A stretch of 63,165 nt of DNA, the filler included, from Rhabdomonas costata (taxonomy: Eukaryota), in NCBI GenBank assembly GCA_019059605.1. It is 45 parts of 45 records of this genome, joined end to end, with 100 filler letters (N's around TTAATTAATTAA, not from the genome) between each part and the next. Parts side by side here need not be neighbours in the genome. Positions count along the whole stretch, not along the records: positions 1 to 1,306 come from JAHMHO010019913.1; positions 1,407 to 2,712 come from JAHMHO010019914.1; positions 2,813 to 4,118 come from JAHMHO010019915.1; positions 4,219 to 5,522 come from JAHMHO010019916.1; positions 5,623 to 6,931 come from JAHMHO010019917.1; positions 7,032 to 8,337 come from JAHMHO010019918.1; positions 8,438 to 9,744 come from JAHMHO010019919.1; positions 9,845 to 11,150 come from JAHMHO010019920.1; 37 more parts are not named here. One strand, 5' to 3'. This document shows positions 1 to 10,534 of the stretch, piece after piece. Positions within the stretch are counted from its first letter, which is position 1; the number at the start of each line of letters is the position of its first letter. Both the position numbers and the translations under genes were made by a program. The notes beneath the pieces were generated by a model. That model was not told the DNA's origin. It worked only from the letters and a program-made list of their open reading frames with translations, and made no database searches.

Positions 1-831
1 GGGTTTGTGGCTGCCTGTGTTTTCATTCGCCGATAGATGTACATTGCCTTTTCCCACTCTCATTTTTGTTTTTTGTGCAACCTTTTTTGCTGTTGTTGCT
101 TGGCTTGCTGCCCGGTTTGGGGGAACGGTTGGTGCACGCAGGCGGCGCTGTCTTTTCCCTTGGGCGCGGCCTGCGGTGATTCTCATTGTCGCTGTCGATA
201 GTGAATTATTTTTTCTTTGTTCACCCTGTCTCTTCGCACCTGTACCCTCAAAAGCTACTCGCGCTCAGCTACCGTACGTCCTTCTGCTTTTTGGGGTACG
301 CGTTCAAAAGCGTTGGGATCCGTTTTTGTAAGACGATCGAAAATAGTCAGCAGTCGGCTCAGGTTGGTTCATGAGTAGTCACAGCAGCACTTCCGGGTGA
401 TCGTCTGGGTGATCGGTTTGCTGGGCACGCATACACACACTTCTGCCAAAACATGATTAGTGCGTGGAGTATTTCGCGAGGGATGCAGAAGAAGAGGCTT
501 GCTTCTCGTGAAAGGTGACCAACTTTTGTCACCAAACTTGGTTTTCATACCAACTGTGGTTGATAGATCTGTACTGTCACAGCCTCTTGATGAGATCAAG
601 CAGGTACGAAAAGGGTGTTTTTATGTATCCCCTTGGCCCCAAAAAAATCGTGAACGCTCTAATTGCCTCCCTCTCCCCAAAATGTATCATTTTCTATTTG
701 AGCATGCTGCCGACTAAGCTAAGGTCACGTCGCCCCCTGCCGCACGTTTTCTTTGCTGCTCTACTCTTTGTTCTCACCAGGCTTATTTTTGACAGCCACC
801 ATCACTTTCGTAATCTCTTCAACTTTTACGA

Positions 832-1306
832 ATGCGGAGGCGGCTGCTTTGGGTCTCTGAAGTGGTGGGGTCCACAGCACGGGCTGCTCGTGTGCCCTTC
901 TCCTCTTCTGCGTTGCTATTTCCGCCGCACGCGTCGGGGCTTCCCCGGGACGAAGTCCGCCCTGTGAACATATCCGAGGTTTTCCAGCCCCTGAGTCTAG
1001 AGGAGCGCCAACTGCAGTGGAACAGCCTGACCCTGCGCGAGAAAATTGCTAACCTTGTGGGATACTTTTTCAATGACAAGACCTTTGTGGGAATCGACTT
1101 CAGCGGCAATCGGTACTACGAGTTCCCCTCCTTGGGCTCACGCACTGTGGAGCCCGCGCTGAAGCACACCAACCACTCTGACATCCCACTGAGCATCCCC
1201 GTGGCGTGGCAGCTGTGGATGCAGGACAAGACAATCAAGCACCCCCCGCACCCGCGAATGCTGGACCTGCTGGAGCGCTGGCAGGCGCAGCAGCTGCAAC
1301 ACGTGC
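832..1306 (+). CDS. NDUFA12/NDUFAF2-family mitochondrial complex I accessory or assembly protein, 3'-truncated
   Basis: Contains FVGIDFSGNRYYE and IPVAWQLWMQ..PP, matching the family motifs VG.D..GN.YYE and P..W..WL. The Arg/Ser/Ala-rich N-terminus resembles a mitochondrial presequence. Confidence 0.75.
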
Positions 1307-1406
1307 NNNNNNNNNNNNNNNNNNNNNNNNNNNNNNNNNNNNNNNNNNNNTTAATTAATTAANNNNNNNNNNNNNNNNNNNNNNNNNNNNNNNNNNNNNN
1401 NNNNNN
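1307..1406. other. Artificial contig spacer (N44-TTAATTAATTAA-N44); first of 44 such spacers in the window
   Basis: The same 100-nt spacer, with stops in all six frames, recurs about every 1.4 kb. Flanking sequences are unrelated and all contigs are about 1.3 kb. Confidence 0.98.
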
Positions 1407-1621
1407 CATCCGACCGGGTGAAACCACGTCCCCCGCGGAAACCTGTGGAAACCAAACCTAACCCTGAACCTAACCCTCGGGTTTCGAGTGATGATTAGAT
1501 GGAGGGTTGGGGTAGGATAAAGTGGCCTATGGTTCTGATTTTCCCATCTCAAAGGGTGAAGGGTTGGGAAACCCCTGAGTTCCCTGCTACAATGCAATGC
1601 AAAAGTAGTAAACAATGAAGG

Positions 1622-2115
1622 GCGCAGCGCTAAGGGTCCCCCAACGAAACGAGAGGCAACGGCTTATCGCCCTATGGTTTACATCTTGATTTTTTCCACC
1701 ACAGACACCCCATTTTGCCCCCTCCCCCGTGAGAAGTTCCTCTTAGTTTACACCTACTCCCCCGGTTTGCCGCCTTTCCACCCATTATCCGTGCCTGGTG
1801 GCGCTTCAAAAACACCTCCCTCCGGGTTCTCATTTTCCACTTAACCGAAGGGTCGATTTTCGCTCATTTTCAGTCCTTACTGGGTGCCACCGAGGTTGGC
1901 CAAAAAAAAGGGCCAATTTTCGGTCAAAATCGGCCTGTGGAGGTTCAAAGTAGTCGAATCGAAGCTCCAAACCGTTTCGCGTTCTCCGACCCCAAAAATG
2001 GGGGCAATGGTCACTTTTTCCGAGCTGGACTCGAAGCCTACTTCGTTTTATAGTAAAAAACGATTTTTAGCGTTTTTGAGAAAAATTCGACGGAAGGGGC
2101 CAAAATTTTTCGCCA
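1622..2115 (+). repeat. Unclassified interspersed repeat family A, copy 1
   Basis: Collinear with the reverse complement of 7050-7724. Shared blocks: GCGCAGCGCTAAGGG(G)TCCC, ACTCCCCCGGTTTGCCGC, AGGGTCGATTTT, CCACCGAGG, GTCGAATCGAAGC.CCAAACCGT, CGACCCCAAAAA.GGGGG, GCTGGACTCGAAG.CTACTTCGTT. Confidence 0.85.
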
Positions 2116-2817
2116 GTGCTACCACCTAGCCTTCCGGACCACCTCCATTGGACGGCTTCCTAACACGAACCTGGGGGTAGGATAAAACACCTCACCCGAG
2201 GCTTCGACTACTTCGCGCAAAAGAAAACTCCACTTAAAATTGGCACACACGGACACGCACACACACGCACACACACAGACATCCCTATACACCACCCTAT
2301 ACTGCACTAGGTTACGGGAACAAAAAGAGCAGGAACTGTAAAATACGTAGAAAATGTAAACAAGAGCGATGCTAGATGCTAGGAGTGGGCAAGAGTGCTC
2401 CGCCACATATGGGGGAAAGGGAAAGGAGGGGGCGGGCAAGGAATGAAAAGACATGGGAGTGATAAGGACAGCGGAGAAAGCAGTGGATGGGAGGAGTTAT
2501 GATCATCCACTCCCCAGGTCATTTCGTACCCCTAGTGCGCAAGGGGTGTTTTTTTGGACTGGCTATTTTTCTGTTGCCACAAGAAATTTTGTGGTCCTTG
2601 AAATGAAAATTATCGAACTCGTTGCCGGGGGGTTAGAGGGCGATGCACATATACCATGGAATGAGACACTGGGAGACCCATGGATCCACATGCCTGCCCC
2701 GCAGAAGCTCCGNNNNNNNNNNNNNNNNNNNNNNNNNNNNNNNNNNNNNNNNNNNNTTAATTAATTAANNNNNNNNNNNNNNNNNNNNNNNNNNNNNNNN
2801 NNNNNNNNNNNNGTGGT

Positions 2818-3182
2818 GTGGTGGTGAAGATGGCGGTGGCCAAGGGGCGCTCCGTGCGGCCCAAGCTGAAGTGCGGAGTGTGCGGGGAGCACGGAGGGGA
2901 TCCCACCTCGGTGAAGTTCTTCCACACCGTTCCTCTGGACTACGTCAGCTGCTCGCCCTACCGGGTTCCCGTGGCAATCCTTGCCGCGGCACAGGTCTGT
3001 TTTTATAGCAGCGCGAAATACTCCCACGTATGAGACATTCGCACATTTATGAGACATTTACACCTTGTTCCCTCTCTGTTCCAAACGTTTTGGGTGCAGT
3101 AGGTTCTTTAATAATATTTTTGGCTTTTGCGTGACATCTCCTCCTTTCCTTGTAGGCTGCTGTTGAGGAAGACTATGCTTGA
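2818..3182 (+). CDS. ppdK: Pyruvate phosphate dikinase, C-terminal exons (2818-2994, 3156-3182)
   Basis: [10 protein letters not shown] and [20 protein letters not shown] are PPDK C-terminal signatures. GT-AG intron at 2995-3155; the last exon reads AAVEEDYA*. Confidence 0.95.
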
Positions 3183-5819
3183 GCAATTATAGCTCCGATT
3201 CGTCGACGCGGTTACAAGCAGGATTTCGTTCTGCGGCTGTCGTTGGTATAATGACTGAAAGAGGGTTGGGGAAAGTTTTCTGGAGACGAGCGGATGCTTG
3301 TGGGGTTCCCACTAGCGTTTGTTGATTTCGCTCAATTTTCACTGTGGCGGATCCAGTTGCGGATCCAGGCGACACGACCGTGTTACCAGTGTGACCTTCT
3401 TTTATTTGGATTCAGTGGAATTGGGCTGGATGGGCTTTTGTCTTTCATCATACCATTAAATTATACCATCATGCTCATGACCTTTCCTCGCAATTTCTGG
3501 TGGCAATGACGGTGACGGAAGTTCTTGAACACAAACGTCCTCTTTATCATCGCTGAAGTCCAAGCCACTCCCCTAAGTCTTCCGGCTTAGGAATCGGGAC
3601 AACGCGGTACAACCGCCCGCTACCGCTTTGGTATAACAATCTTCCCTTTATCCCAAAAAAACCATGCAGCTCCGCCTTAGTCACGTTAAAATACTTTCTC
3701 CATATAGCTGTCTCGAACCTTTTTTTGGCGGGTAAGGCGTCAACACGTCTGTTGCCACATTTGCGCAGCTCTTCCGCGTGTATCTTTTCAACTTTTTAAC
3801 CGCCTAACTTGACCGTCCGGACGTTCCGTCCTGTCTGTCACGCTCGGAAAAGTCAGGTATCACGTTTGCAAGAGAGGTTGTTTCGTGACAGCTAAGTGGT
3901 TTTGAAAGAGATTCCGCCAGTGTCACACTCCAACTATGCTGCGGGAACTCTTACGTGGCTCCTACCTCTTTGGGTGGTCGTGCCTCTGGACCCCACTCGA
4001 GATGGACTGTATCCCGATCTCGATTGCACAATGTGGGAGCTGCCTCGGCTTACCTAGGTGTCTTGGCACCTAGAACGGGGAGCAGGTCTCTTCCGTTCGT
4101 CCGGGGGTCGCTCTGGTGNNNNNNNNNNNNNNNNNNNNNNNNNNNNNNNNNNNNNNNNNNNNTTAATTAATTAANNNNNNNNNNNNNNNNNNNNNNNNNN
4201 NNNNNNNNNNNNNNNNNNGGGGGTTTTGGGGGACGACGTTGTATCGAGCATCGAGAACGAGTGAAGGAGTTAAGGTGATTGGGCACGCCGCGCACCCGAT
4301 CACGTGTGTGCATGCACTGCTCTCCGTTTCCAACATGCCCATCTCACACGCAGTTTTTCATTCCAATCACAATGTTCAATAAATGAAAATGCAATGCTTA
4401 CTTGTCTGGAACTTGATCTGCAACAACCTTCACAGGGGGTAGGGAATCAACGATAAACCCGAACCCCCCCAAAACTATGTTTAAAAAGGCCTTTACCAAT
4501 GAAACCTTGAATTTGTGGGGGAAAGAGGTACGTGTTTTCAGGAATTGTTGAATGGTCGTCCCGGGAAGGAACAATGCGAGACCTTTTGAAAACGCAATCC
4601 AGCCACCATGGAACCGGGTCAAAAAAAACAGCAACAGAACTGCATGTTAAAACGCGGAAAACGTAAGACGGGTTCCATTTCAGCTCTTACTCAAAACCAG
4701 GTCCACTTAACCGTAGCCATACGGTAAAGAAAAGCTTGAAAAGCTCCGCACAACATCTGTCTCTCGTCTCTGTTCCCACCATGCCTTCATTTTTTGCCGC
4801 ATCCTCTGAAACGAGCTCGGTCCCCCGTGCGCAGGAAGCGTCCCAGGCCGCGGCTCTTCACAAGTACTGCTGTCAGCCATAACAGACTCTTGGGCCGCAT
4901 TTGGCCGCCGCCATTCCACTTTGCTCAGCAGCGCCACACCTAAGACAGGGGGGTGGGAGCACGCAGAGAGCCATAATATGCGTTCTCAGACCATGCAGTT
5001 TTTTTTTGCAATATTGAGTGTATTTTTTGGAGGATATAATCCAAGCGCAGGTACTTATAGGCTTCTGGAGACAATGGTGGCCGGCAAATCAGGACACCAG
5101 CTTTAGAACGTGGAACAAAAGTTGAGGCTGCTGCTTTTCCCGTGCGCTTGTGTCATGCGTAGATGCGTAGATATGATTTGAGAAATGCTTTGAAAGCACC
5201 TCGCGCAACTGACTTAAGCCCACAACCCGAAAGCAGCACACACAGTTTCCTCAACACGTCACCAGGAGGCCTTCCTCGTCATCAACCCTCAGCCCTCAGT
5301 CAAGGCTCATGGGGATCCCACCGCCAAGTCCAGCGACCGCCCACCGCACACAGTACAAATCCATCCATCCCACAGGTACAAAAAAGAGCACAAAGACGTG
5401 GTGTAACTACTACAAACCAAGCACCAAGCATGTGTTAATCCTTCATGGGATGGATCACATTTTCGTGATCTCCAGCTTCTCACACTGAGCCAGAGAGACA
5501 GAGGGAGACGCACATATTTGAANNNNNNNNNNNNNNNNNNNNNNNNNNNNNNNNNNNNNNNNNNNNTTAATTAATTAANNNNNNNNNNNNNNNNNNNNNN
5601 NNNNNNNNNNNNNNNNNNNNNNTTTGTTTTGCTATTGCGTGTGCAGCGCTAATGGGGAGTTTGGGGCAACCGCGGAAATTCTTTCCCGGAAATAGCGTTT
5701 TGTGTGGATTCAGGCTGTCACTGTGCTCACGTTCTTGGGGTACATCGTTGACTCCACTAAATCCAAGAGCCCCGGCTGCAACATTTCGGTATGGACTGGA
5801 CAGGCTTCTTTACACCTTG

Positions 5820-5835
5820 TCTCTCTTTCTCTGTC

Positions 5836-5877
<42 letters not shown>
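5820..5877 (+). repeat. (CT)n microsatellite in an intron
   Basis: Read directly from the sequence. Confidence 0.95.
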
Positions 5878-5881
<4 letters not shown>

Positions 5882-5922
5882 CATTGAGTATCTGGAATTT
5901 TACACTCTTTCGTTGTTTCTCA

Positions 5923-6586
5923 GTGCTTTCGGTGGCTGCTGAACTCTCCATACCCGGACGTGATCTTTGCCGTGCTGCACATTCTGCACTGCCAGCTTTC
6001 TCAGAAGCTGTCCTACCGGCCTACTCCGGACATCAGCAGCTTAAAGACCGTGCTGTTTTCTCTCGCGGGAGGTTGGGGCCCGTGCCCCACCATGGTGGAT
6101 GCCTGTTCAAAGGAGACTTTTTCCGCTGAGGTTTTCCTACTCTCTTTTTCAGGGCACATCAAGCCTGTTAATTCTCTTCCGAATACTCAGGCCACACCGC
6201 ATTCGTTTCTGCAGGACATCTGTGCCGTAAACTCACTCCGGCTCGAGTTTTACAGCGAAAAAGCTGACCAAACGTCCTACGAGGGCAGCAGCAGCAGCAC
6301 CACCGGCAGTTCCCCTTTCGTGACTCAGCGAAGCCCCGGACTCAGCGTTGTGGAAATCGGTGATGTCGGGGGTGCCTGCGAGGCGGCGACTGTCGCAGGT
6401 GGAATCCCTGGGAACTCCCCGCACCTTGGAGCTGCCCTCATGCACTCCCTTGCCAGGCACGTTCCTGCTCAGCACCGCTTTGCGCTGTGGCTGCGGGTTC
6501 GCGTCGCGGGGCTCTTCAAGGGTGCCCATGGGGAAGAGATCCGCTGGTGGTCCCGGTGCAGGCTATTGGCACTCAGCATTCTTGGT
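5923..6586 (+). CDS. HUWE1/Tom1/UPL1-like E3 ligase N-terminal region (DUF908-like); exons ~5923-6130 and ~6215-6586
   Basis: LFSLAGGWG...DAC, LRLEFY and VPAQHRFALWLRVRVA...RCRLLALSIL resemble conserved blocks of the HUWE1/Tom1 N-terminus. Exons have GT-AG boundaries. Confidence 0.55.
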
Positions 6587-7049
6587 GTGAGATGATTTTT
6601 ATCAGGAATCTCAGAACCTGCTTGGGAACGAGTGGGGCTGCTTTTTCGCTTTTCGCTTCGCAGCTCTCCTGGGGTCTGACAACGTCAGCGTGTTTTTCCT
6701 GTACAACTCCTCCTTTCTCTCGGATCTCCCACACCTCTTCCAGAGCGGTTCAATTCCTCAGGTGTGTCAGGGGAGCCTGACGAGTGACTTCTTTCCTTTC
6801 TCCACCTCTCAACCATTCGTTTCCTACTTTTCTCGCAGGACGTGCTAACCAGCGCTCTCTTTCTGGTCTCCTCGCTGATCTCCTGCGACTTCGCGCGGCA
6901 GCTTCAGGGCCACGAGCTGCACCAAAACCCCNNNNNNNNNNNNNNNNNNNNNNNNNNNNNNNNNNNNNNNNNNNNTTAATTAATTAANNNNNNNNNNNNN
7001 NNNNNNNNNNNNNNNNNNNNNNNNNNNNNNNGTGGGGGTGGGCTATATG

Positions 7050-7724
7050 TTGGAAAAATTCCGGGGCAAAAATTCGACGATTTTAATTTTCGAACCTAAT
7101 ACCCCCCTCATGAAAATTTTCAATTTTTGGGCCCGCGGACATTGCCGAATTTTTTCCTCGAAAAGCGCCAAAAATCACGTTTGGTAAAATAGAACGAAGT
7201 AGTCTTCGAGTCCAGCCAGGAAAAGGTGACGTATCCCCCGTTTTTGGGGTCGTAGAACACGAAAACACGGTTTGGTGCTTCGATTCGACCATTTTGACGC
7301 TGAAAACGCCGATTCTTGGCCGAATTGAGCACCTTTTCGAGGCCTGCCTCGGTGGTAGCATGTAAGGGTTGAAAAATGGGGTGACCGGGGTGAAAAAATC
7401 GACCCTCCGGAAATCGAACCAACATGACGTTTCTGTCGTCGGGGGTGCCGAAAAACGCGTTTTTTTGCGGATTTGAGGGGTTTTTTGAGGCCCTGGGGAC
7501 GGATTTTGGGGGGCAAAAAGCCTTGAAAAGGGGGCTTTTTGGCGTCGAAAAGGGCGTCGAAAGGGGTGAAAATGGGAACGTCGGCCGCTTGGGTAAAGTG
7601 GTGTTTCGGTTGTTTGCAATAGCGGCAAACCGGGGGGAGTGGTCCCCATTTCTCGAAGTAGGTGTGTTCCATGTTGGGGTAGGCAGGCACCCTCATTTCG
7701 GTACGGGACCCCTTAGCGCTGCGC
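7050..7724 (-). repeat. Unclassified interspersed repeat family A, copy 2
   Basis: Reverse-complement homology to 1622-2115. Homology ends at the same GCGCAGCGC terminal motif (7705-7724). Confidence 0.85.
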
Positions 7725-8439
7725 TCACTTGTTTAAAGTTTAAAGTTTATTCCTGAAAAACGTGTCGGAACAGGACATGTTAGAGATAAGTTTTCCGTGG
7801 TTTCAACAATAAGTGACAGAGGAAACTGTTCCTTGCGGTTGGGATGGCCACGGGATCTCGCAAGCCAAGGCCTGGCTGGTCCATGCGGCCGGGTCAGACC
7901 GACCGGAAATTGCCAGGTTCGAAGGAGGAAGGTCACTTTGGCTTAGCCCAAACAAGCGCGGAGGATTAGCGACGGCGAATGAGGACAGGCAAGGGTAGGG
8001 CTGGAGAGCTTAGCGAGGGCTTTGATGAGGTTGTTGGCCGAAGCGCGCATTTCCGCCGTCTCAAAGTCAAAATTGTTTAAATTATAATTTGCACGACACG
8101 GCCCATTCCACCCGAAATCAGGGAAGTAAAAGGTAGGGTTTGCTTCTTTTCAGACTGTTTAGTATGGGGGTTTCACTGTCTCACGGGGGGACAAGGTATT
8201 CAAGCAATGTAGGAGCAACAAAAAAAACGACTGTTACAGCTGTCACAAGGATGTAAGCATCAGAAGGTCATCCAGGAGGCATCGCCCCGCCCCCGCTTCA
8301 CCTACCAAAGAGTTAGCGGTTCGCCGCAGACACTTAGNNNNNNNNNNNNNNNNNNNNNNNNNNNNNNNNNNNNNNNNNNNNTTAATTAATTAANNNNNNN
8401 NNNNNNNNNNNNNNNNNNNNNNNNNNNNNNNNNNNNNGT

Positions 8440-9744
8440 TGGGGGTGTACTGCTGGATTTACACCCTATGCCAAGAACTCCAAAGGGCAGGGCCCCGCGT
8501 GGGGCAACAGCTTGTTTGAAGACAACGCCGAGTATGGATATGGGATGGCCGTTGCCACGACTCAGCGTCGGGAGAAACTTGCAGCCTTGGTTCAAAGTGC
8601 GATTGACCAGAAGGCAGGAGATGCGACGCTGCAAAAGCTCCTGCAAAGCTGGCTCCGCGATCGAAACAACGGAGACCGCGCTGGAAAATATCTTGACCAA
8701 TTGCTCGAGTCCATCGAAGCACAGAGGCATTTCCACCCATTGCTTGCACAGATTGCCGATCAGAAGGATATACTGCCCAACATCTCCCAGTGGATCATCG
8801 GAGGTGATGGTTGGGCCAACGACATTGGGTACGGGGGCTTGGACCATGTTTTGGCGTCTGGACAGAATGTTAATGTGATGGTTCTCGACACTGAAATGTA
8901 CAGCAATACGGGCGGGCAGACATCGAAGGCCTCCCACCTTGCCTCTGTGTCGAAGTTTGCTTTGGGGGGCAAGAAAACGGCCAAAAAGGAGTTGGGTGAA
9001 ATGGCGATGTCCTACGGCAACGTCTACGTGGCTTCCATCTCTCTTGGGAACATGGCCCATTGTGTGAAGGCGATTCTCGAAGCTGAGGCTTACGATGGCC
9101 CATCTTTGCTCATCTGCTATGCCCCTTGCATCGAGCAAGGTCTTCGAACGGGCATGTCGAAGATGGTACAGGAATGTGAGGCGGCGATTGACTGTGGTTA
9201 CTGGACCTTGTATCGCTTTGATCCCAGATTGCAGGAACAGGGCAAGAACCCCTTTCAGCTGGACTCCAAGCGCTTGAAAGGCGATGTGCTCGAGTTTGTC
9301 AAAAAGGAGAACCGCTTCATCAACTTGGAGAAAAACAATCCCAAAGCCGCACCTATTTTGAAGAAGAAACTGCAGGACTCAATTGTGGGCCGGATGAACC
9401 GCTACCGCCGCCAGGCTGAAGCTCACAAAACCACAGCGGCCACGGTGCAGGGTCCGCGGGTGACAGTCTTGTATGGATCTGAAACTGGCAACGCCGAGAA
9501 TCTTTCCAAGGAGCTTGGTGCGGAATTCGAGCGCCGGGAATTCGCTGTCGGTGTACAGGCTCTCGACGACATCGATGTGTCAGAATTGCCCAACATGGGT
9601 TTTGTCGTTGTTGTTATTTCTACCTGCGGACAAGGTGTTTTCCCAAAGAACTCCCAGACCTTCTGGATGGAGCTGCAGAAGCCCAAGGAGTCCGCTTGGC
9701 TGAAGGACTTAAAATATTGCGTTTTCGGTCTTGGAGATAGCAGC
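8440..9744 (+). CDS. PNO: Pyruvate:NADP+ oxidoreductase (PFO TPP-binding domain fused to the flavodoxin/FMN domain of a CPR-like module), internal fragment
   Basis: PFO motifs GPAWGNSLFEDNAEYG, GGDGWANDIGYGGLDHV, DTEMYSNTGGQ and YAPCIEQG run in frame into flavodoxin motifs LYGSETGNAE, STCGQG.FP and VFGLGDSS. The frame is open across the whole contig. Confidence 0.96.
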
Positions 9745-10495
9745 NNNNNNNNNNNNNNNNNNNNNNNNNNNNNNNNNNNNNNNNNNNNTTAATTAATTAA
9801 NNNNNNNNNNNNNNNNNNNNNNNNNNNNNNNNNNNNNNNNNNNNTTGTGGTTGTACTCGTTCTGCTTCCAGGCCACATCAGTGAGCAGCTCTTCCGTCTC
9901 TTCATCCCACTGCGCAGCCTTCAGAGCGCGGACCTTGCATGGGAGCTTCCGTAGGTGTTGGCGGACAATCTCCCGAAAGTCGGCTCTTGGGAAGAGGTGC
10001 GGAGAAAGTCGAAGAGGGGCACCAGAGAAGCAAAAAAGTGGAGATGAAGCGCAAGAAAAACGAAAAAATAATCATGGAAACCTGCGTGCTATTTCCGAAC
10101 ATTGATTGGAGTGGAATGCAGGAATAATGATTAAAAGCTGGAGTGCACCTCTCTACCTTCGTCCTCTGTGGTAGTGAAGACACAGCAGATCGAAGCACAC
10201 TTGCTGAAGGGAGAGAACAGCAGCACCCTCACGTTATTGGCGAGGGCTGGGTCGGTGTACAGGGAGTATCTGTTGACCTCTGCGATAAGCTCATGCCGTG
10301 CTTTTCCATGAGACCCGCCAGCCCTGTGACAAACACACACCACCACTCCACTTTCGTTCAACTTACATCCATATGTCAGAAAAGCCTCCCGTAAGGTGTC
10401 TTTTAGACTTTAGACCTGAAAGGCCGGTAATTTGTGTGTGTATGTGCAACGTTTGACGTCACCATAAACCTGTCGGTGTTGTAGTGGTGTAGAAA

Positions 10496-10534
10496 CATGT
10501 CACCCATGTCACCCATGTCACCCATGTCACCCAT
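10496..10534 (+). repeat. 9-bp tandem repeat (CATGTCACC) x ~4
   Basis: Read directly from the sequence. Confidence 0.9.

Noticed and set aside
1452..1520. Telomere-like CCTAACCCT variants
   Set aside because: Only two or three degenerate units, with no tandem TTAGGG array.
3400..3850. Decayed minus-strand reading frame downstream of PPDK
   Set aside because: Short, interrupted by stops, and without a recognisable motif.
6191..6214. 24-nt GC-AG micro-intron in the HUWE1-like gene
   Set aside because: A single GT-AG intron at 6131-6214 explains the region and preserves the LAGGWG block.
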